A DNA stretch of 64,000 nucleotides from Gnetum montanum (lineage: Eukaryota > Plantae > Gnetophyta). Shown in pieces: positions 12,277-25,710 of the stretch. Under the pieces are notes generated by a model. The model did no database searches and had not been told where the DNA came from. It worked only from the letters and a program-made list of their open reading frames with translations. The stretch's first letter is position 1. The number at the start of each line of letters is the position of its first letter. Location of the stretch: positions 266,010 through 330,009 of the forward strand of contig MNCI01002773.1 of NCBI GenBank assembly GCA_015680685.1. Direction: 5' to 3'. A program made the position numbers and the translations under genes.

Positions 12277-15200
12277 TTAAGTGTAGTATGGCTTTAGGTA
12301 CAAATGATTGACAGGATTTGGGAATTCATTGCCATCTATGTCAGCCAGTTTGAATGCCCCATTCTCATATGCTTTTGTGACTACAAAGGGGCCTTCCTAG
12401 TTGGATGAGAATTTGCTCTTGGGTTCACAAATGGCCATGAGGACTAAGTCCCCCTTTTTGATCGGTCGTTGGTGCAAATTGCAGTGATGTTTCCACTGTT
12501 GCTTGTCTTGGTACCATTCGATGTGATTAAGTGTTTGGGTGTGCTCCTCCTCTACGAAGTTAAGGTCAATGATCCTTGACTCATTATTTTGAGCCTCATC
12601 CATGATGTTTGAAAGGATCATTCGAAGTGATGGGACCTACAATTCAAGTGGTAATACCACTTCAGATCCATATACAAGACTGTACGAAGTCTTACCTATA
12701 GTTGTTCTACATGTCGTGCGATAAGCCTAAAGCACATAAAGGATTTGCTTGTGCCATCGGCTCTTACTGATGCTAAGAATATTTTTCAAAAGATTGATGA
12801 TGACTTTATTGGTAGCCTTTGCTTGGCTATTTTCCTAGGTGTAATATGACAATGAGAAAGAATGTTTGATACCAAGATGTTTGCAAAAGGCTTTGGTTTT
12901 TGCGCTACTGAACTATGGCTCGTTGTCAGTAACAATAGTCATGGGAAGGCCAAATCGTGTCACTATGTTGTCTAGAATGAACTTGCGAACCTGTTGGAAC
13001 ATGGTCTTTTTGAGGGGAATAACTTCTATCCATTTTGTAAAGTAATTGGTTGCGGTAATGAAGAAGCTATGCCCTGTAGAAGACTTAGGTGTAATGGGTC
13101 CTATGATGTCTAGTCCCCAATGTTGGAAAGGCCATGTGATCTGTGTAGTATGTAGTTCGGTAGGTGATACGTGTATAAGGTTTCCATAGTGTTGACACAC
13201 ATCGCATGTTCTAACCTTGGCAATGGAATCACATTTCATGTGAGGCTAGTAGTAGCCCAGACACGTGATCTTTGCTACCATAGCTCTAGGAGCTATGTGC
13301 TCTCCACACAATCCCTCATGGACTTCATCGACAATTTTTTGGAGTTCATCCCCACTAACGCAAGCTAGCAATATCCCATCATCAGAGCGTTTGCATAGAG
13401 TGGCGTCTCCTACGAGGACATATTGCTGTGCTCATTTTTGCACTGCATCCTTTTGGGTAGGTGTTAGGTCATGTGGGGGGTTCCCCATGTTGGCGGTATG
13501 TTTTAATGTCATCATACCACTCTCGAGTATGTACTACACTTACAGATGCTATATTTTCCATGTGAACTATGGGGTCGGTGCATTTCACTATTGCAACAAG
13601 TAAGGTGGGAAACATGTGTGGAGGCACACTCAAGCCCAGCGTTGCTAAGGCATCTACTATAGTGTTTTCATTGTAGGGCACATATTGGACATCTATGGTT
13701 GCAAACTACTTTAGTAAGTATTTGGCTAGATCACAGTAAGGTTGTAAATGGTGTGCCTTGCAAGCGAATACCTCTGTAACTTGATTGATGACTAGTTGTG
13801 AGTCACCTCAAATTGCTAAACTTTGGATCCCCAATTCTCGGGCTGCTAGGATGCCCCTAAGGAGACGCTCATATTCTGCCACATTGTTTGTACAAAGGAA
13901 TGTGAAGTGAAATGCGAAAGGTTGGATTTCCCCAGAGGGGAATGTGAGAATTGTAGTGGCACTACCACCTTGCATAGTTAAAGCCCTGTCAAAGTGGGGA
14001 ATAACTTCAAAGTCTGTTAGTACTGGGCTTATGCTATTAACATGTTCATTTGAGAACTTAGGTTCTATCACTACCTAGTCATTATTAGGTGAGGCTATAA
14101 GTTGTGTAGCTATAGCTTGACCTTTTACCGATGGTTGTGCTACATAGTGTAGATCAAATTCTGCGGTTATGGCCTTCCATTGGGCTATCCTACTACTTTT
14201 GTATATGTTGGTTGTAATAGCCTGAAGTATGTTATTATTGCAAATAATGTTTACTTGACTTCAAAATAGGTAATGCCCCCACTTTTTAAGCACAAACACT
14301 AAGGAAAGAAAAATTTTCTCTACTTCATTGTATTTTTCTTCATAGGCTACCACTATATGACTTAGATAGTAGACAGGGATTTCAGAACCATCATCCCTCT
14401 TTTGGCATAGCAACGTGGTGATAGACATGTTTGAACTAGCTAGATAAATGTAAAAAGGTTTGTCTCTCTGTGGAGGGTAAATAGTGGGAAGCTAGACAAG
14501 CTCTTTCTTTAAGCTATCAAAAGCTTCTTAACATTGGTTGGTCCATTCAAAGTTGACTCTCTTTTTTAGTAGGTGTTGCATTAGATGCAATTTGTCAATT
14601 AACCTTGTGATAAATCTTCTTATGAATTGTACCCTACCCAGTAGCCCACGTAACTCCTTAAGGTTTGGAGATGGTGCCAAGTTAACAATGGCCTTAACTT
14701 TATCGAGGTCCACATGTATCCCTATTTCTGATACTACAAAACCTAGCATGCAGCCAGGTTTGACTCCAAAAACACATTTTTTGGGGTTGAGGTGTAGTTC
14801 ACGCCTGCGACAATGTTGAAGGACCAAGTTTAGTTCATTTGCATGATCAGTAGCCTTTTCAGATTTCACAGCTATATTGTCCACGTAATCATTTAGCTTT
14901 TCTAAAAGATAGTCACTAAAGATGTAAGTCATCACCCGTTGATACATTGCTCTTGCATTCTTTAGCTCAAAGGGCATCATTGTGTAGTAGGAGGTTCCCC
15001 AAGGGGTCATGAAGGTAGTTGCCAACTGATGCTCTAGGTTTATGCGAATCTAGTTATAGCCTGAGAATCCATCCATAAAGGATAGTAAGGCATGGCTTGT
15101 CGTAGTATCGATGAGTTGGTCGATGCTAGGCAATGGGAAATTGTCCTTAATCATTACCTTATTCAAATCCCAGAAGTCTATACAGATTCATATACCCCCA

Positions 15201-15800
15201 ATTTTCTTTGAAATGACTACGATGTTTGATACCCATTCTGAATAATCAACCGCCTGAATGAACCCAGCTTGATAAAGTATAGTGATTTTGCTATGCATAG
15301 CTAAGGTAATCTCTGGTTTGATCTTGCGGGCCTTTTGTTTGATTGCTTGACTTGTGAGTCTAGTATGATATTATGTTGTATGATGCGTGGGTCTAAGCCT
15401 GGCATGTCTTTGTTTGACCATGTAAACACTTTGGCATTATCATTAGGACTCTAAAGATGCTTTTCTTAACTTGTGACTCTCGTAATATGCTCACTTTTAA
15501 TGTTCTTGCTTCCCCCTTGGATGTTTTCATAGGTATTTTGATAAGAGGGTCTTAAGTTACATCACCGGCCTCTAAATCTAGAGTTTGGACTAGATGTTCA
15601 GGCCAGTCCAGGGATGTTTCTAAGGATGCTATGTTGGTATCATAGGGGGAAGGTTCCAAGTCTACCAACTCTATGTTCAAGTGCCTCATGAGTTTGCCAT
15701 GGAGACTCGTCAAAATTAAGGGCGAATGAAGATCATCATACATAGCCATTTTTCCAATCAAACCTATCACAATAAGCAAAAAAACAAAGTCAAGTGATAC
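12277..15800 (-). pseudogene. pol: Element 1 pol: RT, RNase H, archaeal-type RNase H, integrase (stops and frameshifts)
   Basis: RT (MPFELKNARAMYQR...DYVDNIAV...LNPKKCVFGV); aRH (FDRAL...CTNNVAEYERLLRG); integrase (CDVCQ...WPFQHWGLDIIGP...YFTKWIE...IVTDN); C-terminal GPF motif ending LKPYYT*. Confidence 0.93.
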
Positions 15801-16207
15801 CTGCTTAAGACAACAACATGTAATGAATATATGCAAAGCAATGATGCAACATTAAAGAGTTTACAATTTGAGGTCTTAGTGGACCACGATCATGCAAAAT
15901 TTCATGCCGAAAATTGCCAATTTAAGGTCATAGAAGACCGTAACCATGCAATGTTGTAAGTTAGAATTGCCAGTTTAAGGTCATAGCAGATCGTTATCAT
16001 GCAACATTACAAAAATGAGGCAAAAATTTTGGTGTATTTACATGTTATGCTGCAATTATGTGCTACGCTGTAGTAGACACGGTGTATCCCATGCTATGCT
16101 TCAGTAGATAGGGGTGTTTCATGTTACGCATGGAACGTGGAACATCCTGCGTTATGCGCAGGACATGGAATACCCCGAAAAGTAACATGTGTTTTAACTA
16201 CATAGGC

Positions 16208-16215
16208 TATAAATA
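16208..16215 (+). promoter_or_regulatory. Candidate TATA box of the antisense accessory gene, element 1
   Basis: ggcTATAAATAggg about 135 bp upstream of the inferred ATG at 16347. Confidence 0.5.
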
Positions 16216-16346
16216 GGGGATTACCCATGGTAAGCTTGTTATTTTCACTGTTAGAGATAGCATCCAGAGCATAGCGTGGTTGGGCTAAGAGACAGTGTAG
16301 CAGTCACAGTGTAGCAATCGATACACCTAAGTTTGTTAGCAGGACA

Positions 16347-19300
16347 ATGACGTGTAGGAGCAAACATAGCCATCAGGGCCTTGCCAATGTAGATGAAGGG
16401 AAACACACCTTGCAATGTCTCCCTAGGGCATGCATTGAGGAATGGTAGGAGGCCCCATCAACTCGGTAAGTCGCTATGCTACCTTTGCCCACATTGTGTG
16501 ATTTGTTGCATTGGACTACTATTGTCATTTCTTTGGCCGCTACCGCAGCTGCTATGCTACGATTACTACGCACCGCTACCATGGTTGCTATTGTTGTAGG
16601 TAGGGTGATGTATCGTTTTGAGGATTTTAGAGGTTTGGGCAGTGTAGCATGCGTCCCATGTAGTGTAGCACATGTTTTGGTTTACTTTTGTTCCATTTCA
16701 TGCAACGGGATAGGGCTAGGGGCTATGCAAATGTTATGTGTTTTTTCTTAGGTTATGTTACCCTTGTCAGCGTGATCGATAGGCTACGTTGTGTTTTTAG
16801 TGCTACATTATTATATTGCTACACTACTACACTATGTTGCTATGTTGCTACATTACTACTTTATGCATGATGCAACTATTATGCTATGCAGGGCATAGTT
16901 GTGGAACTGTGCACGACACAGTTGCTACTTTGCATAGGGTGCACTTGCGACGCTATGCTACGTGTAGCGTAGCTGCTACTTTGTGCAAGGTGTACCTGCT
17001 ATGCTACGCTATGCGTAACATAGCTACTATGCTACGCTATGCGTAACATAGCTACTATGCTATGCAAGGTGTACCTACTATACTATGCTACATGTAACAT
17101 AGTCGCAATGTTGTGCAGGGTGTACTTGCTATGCTATGCGTAACACCCTATTACACTGCAGGTAATGTAACTACTATGCTATGCGGGAAAAGTCATAAAA
17201 GTGGAACTTATCCTTGACAAATGTTTGGCTTTGTTTCATCATGCCAAGGACATAATATTTCATACTTGGAAAAAACTTGTACACCAAAGGCTAAGCTATG
17301 CTATTCTATAACCATCACTTGCACACTGTACTAACACTTTGTGCTATGCCATGCAGGGTCATGTTGAAACCCATCTTGATCATGATTGAGCTAGTTGGAG
17401 TTCTATGTTAGTGCACCTGTGGCCAACGTCTCCCCTACCCATGCGTGAGTAAGGGACTAGGCGGTCTAGTTTCGGGAAGGTGTGCGAGAGTTCCTAGAGT
17501 TCCTCCTTCGCCACTTTAGTGTGATAGTGTGGTCACAATTGTTGACCAAGATAGCTGCTATTCTTATTGAAATGCTATTGCCCGAGGCAAACTGAGGCAT
17601 CTTGAAGTTTATGATTGATGGGTCTATTGAAGGAGAAGGGGTTGGGATCTCAAATCAGTGCCCAAGAGGTTTGAGATGCTTGTGTTGGATTTGGGCTATG
17701 CTCAAATTTAAGTGTTACCATANCCAACACAAGCATCTCAAACCTCTTGGGCACTGATTTGAGATCCCAANTTGGCATTGACCCAAATAGCCTTACAAGA
17801 GTTCTCTTCTACCAGGAATGTGCAAGCCTATGTTATAGAACAACTTGAAATTGAGTTTAGGACCTACCCAACCAAGTATGCTAAGTTTTACCTAAAATGC
17901 GAAGAAATTGAATGGTTGGATGGCAAATGGACCTCCCAACGTGCGCCTACCATGGAAGAAGTTCTGGTGGAAATGCCACCATTCCCCATGCCATTCGCAC
18001 CTAGTTAGTTAAGTTATGCATGTCCCTTAATATGCCCTTGATTGATCAATTTATTGATTATGTTATCTTTGGTTTTTTTATCATTTTGTTTGATTATTGT
18101 AGTAGAGGCTGAATCCCAAAAGGTTACGGTAGTTACCCTAGGTCATGATGAAACTAACCTCTTCTTCAAATATGGTGAAGTGGACAAGACACAATGCTAG
18201 TTATGCAATGGGGCCCTAGCCACCCTTGTTCAAAATTTCAAGGAGGCTATGCTTATGGACCTATTCGTAGCAGTAAATCCAAGCATTCCAGCTACAGAGA
18301 TGCTCTTCCTTGTTGATTCCTTTATAGAAAGGGCTTACTGCTTTTGCATGCAGGTGCATAATGTGCTGGTGGTGTTTGAGATCACCAATAGCCTTTTCAT
18401 AGATCTCTTCAGTGTCCCTTTCGATGGCTTACATGTAGGGGAGAAGACTAGTAGAGATGTAAACCATCGAGAGGACATAGAAGAGTGGCTAGGGGCGAGC
18501 AAAGATCTAAGGGGATTTACATGCACAAGGTCAAGCAAGAGGTAGCCCATAAGGTTTACCCTATCTTGTGAGCTTGTGCTTTCCCCAAATTACTCTCCCA
18601 AGGAAAAATCCTTGGGGTAGAGCAAGCTTGGATTATGTGGGATGTCATGGAAGAAGGGACTCGCTATAATTGGGCCAAGTATCTCGTCGAGGGTTTGCGG
18701 GCCAAAATGGTTAAGCTTCGTGAGAAGCTTGATGCACGTTTTAATGTGCATTTCACCTTTTTCATTACTTGCCTATGATGGTTTGTTGAATTCTTGGTGG
18801 TCTAAGAGAATGACATCTGGGTGCTACAGGATCGCACCAAGATATCCAAACCATGGATCTACCAAGTGTTCAGCACCACTTGATCCCAGAACCCCCCAAA
18901 AGCTATAGGGGAGTCTTTTTCGATAACATTGAGGGATCAGGTGGGACGGTCCTTTCATGTACTAGACAGCATTGGACCAGCACCTCCCACTAACATAGGT
19001 AACGATGTAAGGGGGGCTCGCCTTATTGCTGAAATAATAAAATCAAAGTTGCAACGTAAGAAATATCGTCCCGTGGAAGAACCTCCATGCACTAGTGAAG
19101 AAAGAGGCAGAAGGTTATGAATCAAGGTTCGCAAAGTATAGCCCACAGTTGCTAGTGAGTATGGTTTAATTGTTTTTTTATTAGACTAGCATGCTCACTT
19201 CAAATGTGTTTGATAGATGAAGAAGAGGAAGCTTTGGCCCCTGAGGTAGGGGCCCCTGCTATAGAAGAAGAAGAGGCCCCGACTGCAAAGGAGGAGGCCC

Positions 19301-20797
19301 CTACTATTAAGGAAGAGGCCCCTATTGTAGATGAACCCTTCATAGAGTATGCTCTAGCACCTGAGAGGCACATGATGATTGAAGACGCTGCCACATTATT
19401 AAGTCAGCTTGAGGGAGAAAGGCTACAATTTGACGTTGGTGAGTTTGACAATTTGCTTGACAATGTGTCAATGGGCGATCCCCCCACTCTTACCTCTAAG
19501 GGTTTGCTAGGTAGGAGCTTTGCACTATCATTCATGTCATTTTTTAGTTTTATTTTCCTCTTCTTCACCATGTTAACATGCTTTGTTGCACAGTGGACAC
19601 TACTACTAAGGCTCCCGATTCTTCCTCCTCATTTCACCTCCAACCATGGATCGAGACCCTAAACAAGTTTTCCTTTATGGAGGGGGTAGCCGATGACATG
19701 ATTGATTGCCTAAGGAAAATTGATCTGAAAATAGGTGTGTCTGCATTACTACATTTGCACTCTATGTTGTCATATTTTTACCATCGTCTCATGACTAATG
19801 CTTCCTCATGTTGGGTATAATAGCTTCTCGGGTGAAGTGGGACCCAAGCTAGGCAGTCGAAGTTGACGTTGTGCTTGAACTTCCCCCCAAAGGTATCCAA
19901 GGTGCCTCATAATGTATACGAGGAGGTGAGTAAGTACATCCTATACTCAACATGATCCCTGTGGGAGTGCAAGCATGTCAACGAAGATCTTTGGAAGCAG
20001 GTCCAGAAGTTGGAAAAGGAAAAAGCTAGCCAAGTAGTTGAACTGGAAGATCTACGGTGAAGGAATGAGTTCTTGATGGCCCATGACACTTCCAATGGTA
20101 GTTGGCATATGACTATGATTGATTATGAAAGATATTGGTCAACCATACAGGGTTAAAATGAGGCTACCCATGAAATAATTGAGCAATGCTTGCAGATGGA
20201 TCTACTAGCCCAGAAAAACTAGGACCGGAAAAACTAGGACTAGTGCCAAGGTGTATGAATGGGGGCAAGCATAGAAAAATCATAAGCACATGTACAAGGT
20301 GGAACGTGCTACCTATCGTCAGAAATATCGAGATGCTTCCATTGAGTTGCATACTCATAAGCTATTTCTTGATGTAATCATCACTACTAGGGCCTTTGAT
20401 AAATTTACAAAATAGGTAGTGGTCAATGAGTCTCCTAAGAGGGAGATGACCTTGCCTTTCGGGGAGACCACCATTGCCACCTTTTCTCTAGGGCTGCCCA
20501 CTGGGATGGCTGTGGAGAAGGGGAAGATTGTTGCGAGTGTTGACTTGGGGGAAGAAGATTGGAAAAACTTGATCGAGAAGGAGATTCTATGGTGCTTAGT
20601 GGCTGGCATGGATAAGATACCCTCGAAGATGGATGTGGGCCCATCTTAGGTTAGCCACTCTTTATTGTATCACAGTCTATTTTGTGAGAGCCTTATCATA
20701 GTTTGATTCATTATTTTATTTTTGTTTTATGTAGGTCCCAAATGAAGGCACGGGACCTAGTGGAACAAGAGATGAAGATATTGGCGAAGACTTGTAG
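16347..20797 (+). pseudogene. Antisense multi-exon accessory gene of element 1 (FCP1/NIF-like HAD domain, plant-transposon ORF-like domain, acidic repeat, coiled coil)
   Basis: Inferred exons 16347-16465, 17357-18003 (contains an N-flanked artefact), 18103-19154, 19217-19510, 19594-19734, 19824-20649, 20735-20797, all bounded by GT-AG. Translates KPILIMIELVGVLC...FREGVREFLEFLLRHFSVIVWSQLLTKIAAILIEMLLP...LQEFSSTRNVQAYV. Homologous to 51111-56729. Confidence 0.8.
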
Positions 20798-21199
20798 CGT
20801 GATGAAAAAATTTTTTATTTTTGTTTTTCTATTTTATTTTTTATAACCTTTATTGTATGGACTCAAATTTAATGTAGAGTAAAGGGTGAAACACTTATTT
20901 CATTTCTTTTGGTTAATATTTTATTAATGTGCTGGGGCTCCTTGTGGGCTCCTTGTTCTAGTTTAAGGCCATTTTGGGCCATCGTGACATAATTTTTGAG
21001 GGTCGGTTGCTAGTTTTAGGCCTTAGTGGGCCATGGAAATAGTTTGAGGCCATTCCGGGCCATTGTTGAGACAATTAACACAAACGATGGTCATGATGCA
21101 AACAGTGGATATAATGCAAATAGTGAACATAATGAAAAATTAAGACTAAAGAAACAAGAGTATTAAGGTCAAGCATTCACAAAAGTGAATTAGAGGTAG

Positions 21200-24100
21200 G
21201 CTCTAATTACACAATTGTTTCCTAACCCATTGTGCACTAGGTAGAGTGTATGGCTGGGAAGCTTTGTGGTGTTATTCCTCTATGTTGTTGTCTATTGTTT
21301 GGAAAGGCAATTCAGATCAAGTGGTTTCCTAGTCTAAGTTGGTAGTTTTGGGTAGCTCATTTGTTGAACATGGGGGTTCATTGTGGATGGGTGATGCATT
21401 TTCAGAGATTTCTATCTCTGACTCTTGTTCTATGTCTATATTATTTATAGCCCGGGGGGCTATTTTGTCACCAAAGATCACCACCTCTCCACCCACATAG
21501 GGTAGGTGGATTTCTTGGTGTATGGGTGAGGAGACTACTCTTAATTGGGCTAACCATGATCTCCCCAAGATCAAGTTAAACCCAAGCATCTCCTCCACCA
21601 CAATGAATTCTACGCTAGTGGAGAACTGGTCCTCTACCACAAAGTTGATATTAATAGTGCCTTTGACTACAACACACGTTCCATTAAATGATTTCATATA
21701 GGAAGTTACTATGGGCTTGATTTGATCCACCAGGTCCAACTTGTTAACAATGGGAAATGAGATCACATTAGTGGCCACCCCATTGTCAACGTGTACTCTG
21801 CGTATTTTGTATTAACCCATTTGAATCGTGATAATCATGGGGGCAGTAGTTACTTGGCCCTTTTTAGGATCATCTTTGATGGCTTTGTCTTGAAATTCTA
21901 AGTGGGTTGGCCATGGTTCTTCAGCCATAGGGGGAATCATAACAGTGTGGATGGCTTTCTCTTTAGCTGGTATGTTTTCATTAACTAAAATAGATGCTAA
22001 CATGTGAACCAAAGCCTCATGATGCACCGTAGAGGTCATGATTAAGTCATATAAGCTTAATGTTGTATTATTTTTCTTTGAAGCTTGTTTAACTTGCAAA
22101 AGTGCATCTAGGAAATCTTGCCCATTGTCTGGTTGTTTACTCATCTTTACTTCTTCTATGTGTCCTAAAAGGCGAATCTCCTGAGGAGGAGTGGGTTTAG
22201 ATTGAATGACAAGTTTTGCTGGCTCAGAGGGCTATGGTTGTATGTTACCCATAGCCTTTGATGATGAAGTCATGGGCACGATCGATAGAGGGGTGGGCTT
22301 AGGGGGATCAAATGCAGTATGTTCTCTAGACAACTTGTCCGCTAGATGCTCTTCACGTTTCCTCAAATGGAAACATTGTGATGTAGTTCCTATCGTTGGA
22401 CCTTGGGTTGCAGAGGGAACTGTATGCTTGGGAACTTTGATAATGAAAGGTGCCTGAGTTGTTGTGGTAGCAGGTGGTGTAGTCTTAAGCCCAAAAGGTG
22501 TGATAGATGTCTGAGGGACTTTAATGAAAAATGGGGTTTGTGACCTAGTTTTTTTTGATACTTCAGGTTTTCATGGAGGTACACGAAGCACAAATGGCTC
22601 ATGTTGTGATTCTGTGTTATCATCCATGCCAATAGCATTAATAGTATAACCTGTATTGTTAGTATTCAATGAGTCTTTGTAAATGTTCATCAATTGGTTT
22701 TCAGGTCGAATAGGACTACTCTCATCCAACACCAACTTACCTTGATCGATCATTCGTTGAATATCATCTTTTAGTGCCAAGAAATATTCTATGTCATGCC
22801 CGCAAACTTGATGATAATCACAGAAGCACTCTAGTCTAAATTTCCTAGGTACTGGTGGGTCGTTAGGCGTAACCATAGAGGGGTCATGAAGGACTTCATA
22901 GTACCTTTGATGCCGTTTAAGAGTCTCCTCTGACATCCATTTATGTTGAATGTGCCCAGCTCCCAGCAATTGTTTTAGAAGCTTAGATGGCTTGATTGGT
23001 ATGGTAGTGTATTTTGAATGGTCCTTGCACTCAAAATTTGGCCTTGCTGAAGTTTGGGCAGTAGTTGCTAAGGTTGAAGGTTGGCTAGTGCTACTAGGGC
23101 TGGGTGCTGTGTTGGTTGTGGCATGAGTTTTAGATGATTTATCCATCTATTTACCCTTGTTGGTTTCATGGGCTACAACAGCTACTATGGTTATCGTAGT
23201 TTTGCCTCTCTCCTTGTCCTTCTTTGTGTGTGCATTTTTATATGCTACATAGGCTGGATCCCTACTAGCTTCAACCACATCTTGGATACTCTTGGTTTGA
23301 GTGAATGCCTGGCTAAGGGAATGCGGAGCCAAGTAGTATAGCTTGGATTCAATGAAATATTTTACCACACCTTTGAAAATGGCTAGTAAATGGACGTCGG
23401 TGATCGGTTCACGAATTTCATTTAGGGTAGCGCTCCATCGTTGTATGAACTTTTGTACGGATTCTAGTGGCTCTTGTTTAATGCTCATAAGTTGATCCAA
23501 AGTGACTTTTAGCTTTAGGTTATATTTAAAGTGAGTCACAAATTGACTTAATAGTTCTTCCAATGTTGAGATTGAGGTAGGGGGAAGCACGTAGTACCAT
23601 TCTAAGGCTTTACCCTTCAAGGACATGGCAAATACATTGATGATGGCATGGGGCCATGGCTGTAGTAGTAGGGATTCAGACCTGAATGTAATGAGGTGGG
23701 CATTCGAGTCACCCTCTCCATTGTATTTTGTGAACTGGGGTAGTTGTACCCCAAGAGGCAATGTTAGCGTAGGAATGGTTGGACTAATTGGGTCATCTTA
23801 ATAGAAGTCCATGAGATGGAATATTTCTGAGCTAGAAACTTTAAGCCATTTAATTTTGTTAGTAAGGGTCTAGATGAGCTAGAAAGCTTGGTCTAGACCT
23901 GGAGGTGTCATAGGGGGTTGCGGGGCTACAAGAGCAGCCATCATTGGTGGCTCTGTTGGTGTGGCTGCTAGTCCCATTGGGGGCACTATTTGAACAACCC
24001 CTACTAGTGGTGTCATTTGAGAGGGCCACAACCCAGTAGGTGGTGCCACTAGGGTGGCTACCATTAGTGGCACTATGGATGTGGTTATCTGTCCCATAGT

Positions 24101-24970
24101 TGGAATAGTCTACAACCCCACATTCGGTTGCATTACATGTGGAGCTTGGTATGTTTGGGGTTGTGCATATTGCTGCATATGAGATAGTTGGGTCGTGGGA
24201 TTGAGGTTGGACTTGCTACTGATGGTGGAATGTTTATAGAGGGGGGAATAGGCACAAAACTTACATGTAGCTATGAGGTGGGCATGGTGTGCACGTACAT
24301 TAGTGTGGGGGGTTACAGACGTTTGGTGTAGAGTTGGAACATACTGGGAAGGATGATTGGCAGGAAATGAGGTTGAAGGGCCCGCTTGCTGATATGTTGA
24401 TGATGTTTGATGACTACCTATTACCAAAGAGGGTTTGCATTGTAGCCGTGTCGTGGTAGTAGTAATAGAGATGGGAAATTGTGACTAGTGTGAATGGGCA
24501 ACAAAGGTGGAAGGGATAGTCGTGGTGTAGATCAGGCCATCACCTTCAGAGTGGGAGTCCAACTCCTCTTGTCCATCCTGAAATGGTTCATCATAATGGA
24601 AGGCTGTGTCCCGTTCTCTTGACCTACTTAATTGTATAATTTGGTTTAGCACCCATTGATACATTTTGGTCAATGGGATAGTGGTATCAGGAGTAGGGAT
24701 GGACTCCCTCCTATTCTAATGGATGAACTCAAAGTTGCATTTTTCTTCAAATTCCTAACGGTCTAATGGTAGATTCTCTTGGGATTTTGCACACAAAAAA
24801 TTATATCACTCTTCATCTTGGGGCAAAAATTCATGGGATTGTTGTCGTAGTCTAAGGGACTGTCGCTGTACTAGCACTAGACTAGGTGGTCACTTGGGGC
24901 CTACCATATGTTGGACAGAGTAGGATACTTCCAAGTTCATGGTGGAAATCGAAGTGGTTGTAGGATTCAT
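21200..24970 (-). pseudogene. gag: Element 1 gag and aspartic protease
   Basis: Gag core (LPQFTKYNGEGD...SLKGKALEWYYVLP...KQEPLESVQKFIQRW); Tat-type zinc knuckle (CDYHQVCGHDIEYFLALKDDIQRMIDQG); protease (VHVDNG...FNLILGRSWL...SSPIHQ). Both ends approximate. Confidence 0.9.
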
Positions 24971-25039
24971 CTTTTCTACACAAAATAGGTGTAAAAGGGA
25001 GAGATACATGTGAGAAACGGTTGGAAAACAATAGGTTTT

Positions 25040-25545
25040 CACGCTAAATGGTAGCATAATGCAGTGGATAGCGTATCGTAGTAGACATCATAAAACAATG
25101 GAAGCACTACACTGATAGGATTGCTACGCTACACAAAATGTAGGCAACATAACACAGTGGATAGGAAGTGTAGTATAGTAAATAGTTTGAAAATGGCTAC
25201 ACTGACAGGGTCACTATGCTACATGGGGCATAGGTAGCGTAACCTGGTAGACGGTCAGCGTATCATAGTGGATAGTGTAGGAACTACTACACTGACAGGG
25301 TTGCTATGCTACATGAAATGTAGATAGCGTGACACAGTAGATAGGCAATGCAACTCAGTAGATGGTCTAACGTAACATAGTAGATAGTTAACATAACATA
25401 GTAAACTATTTGGAAAACGCTATGCTGGCGGGGTCACTACACCACACAAAACACTGGTAGTGTTCCACAATAGATAGTTTTGGACTTGCTACGTTGATAG
25501 GGACACCATGGTACATGGGACACAAGTGATGTAACATAGTAGACT
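25040..25545. repeat. Degenerate tandem repeats in the element 1 5' UTR
   Basis: Recurring ctacactgacaggg..gctatgctaca and agtagatagg units. Confidence 0.7.
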
Positions 25546-25710
25546 ATTTTGGGCTTTCAGCCTGCAGGGTTCCAGAGGAACCATCATAGCGACCAATCTG
25601 CACCACTTGATGCGTAGACAACCATAGGGATGTCACGTCTATGCTAGCAGGTTACTAGTGATGGGGTATAGACAGGTTGCAGGATTACCCATGGCACAGG
25701 GAGGAGACAC

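Noticed and set aside
17642-17771. Perfect 47-bp inverted repeat (17642-17688 versus 17724-17770) resembling a miRNA or foldback hairpin
   Set aside because: The second arm is bounded by single Ns (17723, 17771) and replaces sequence expected from the element 2 homolog. Most likely a gap-filling artefact.
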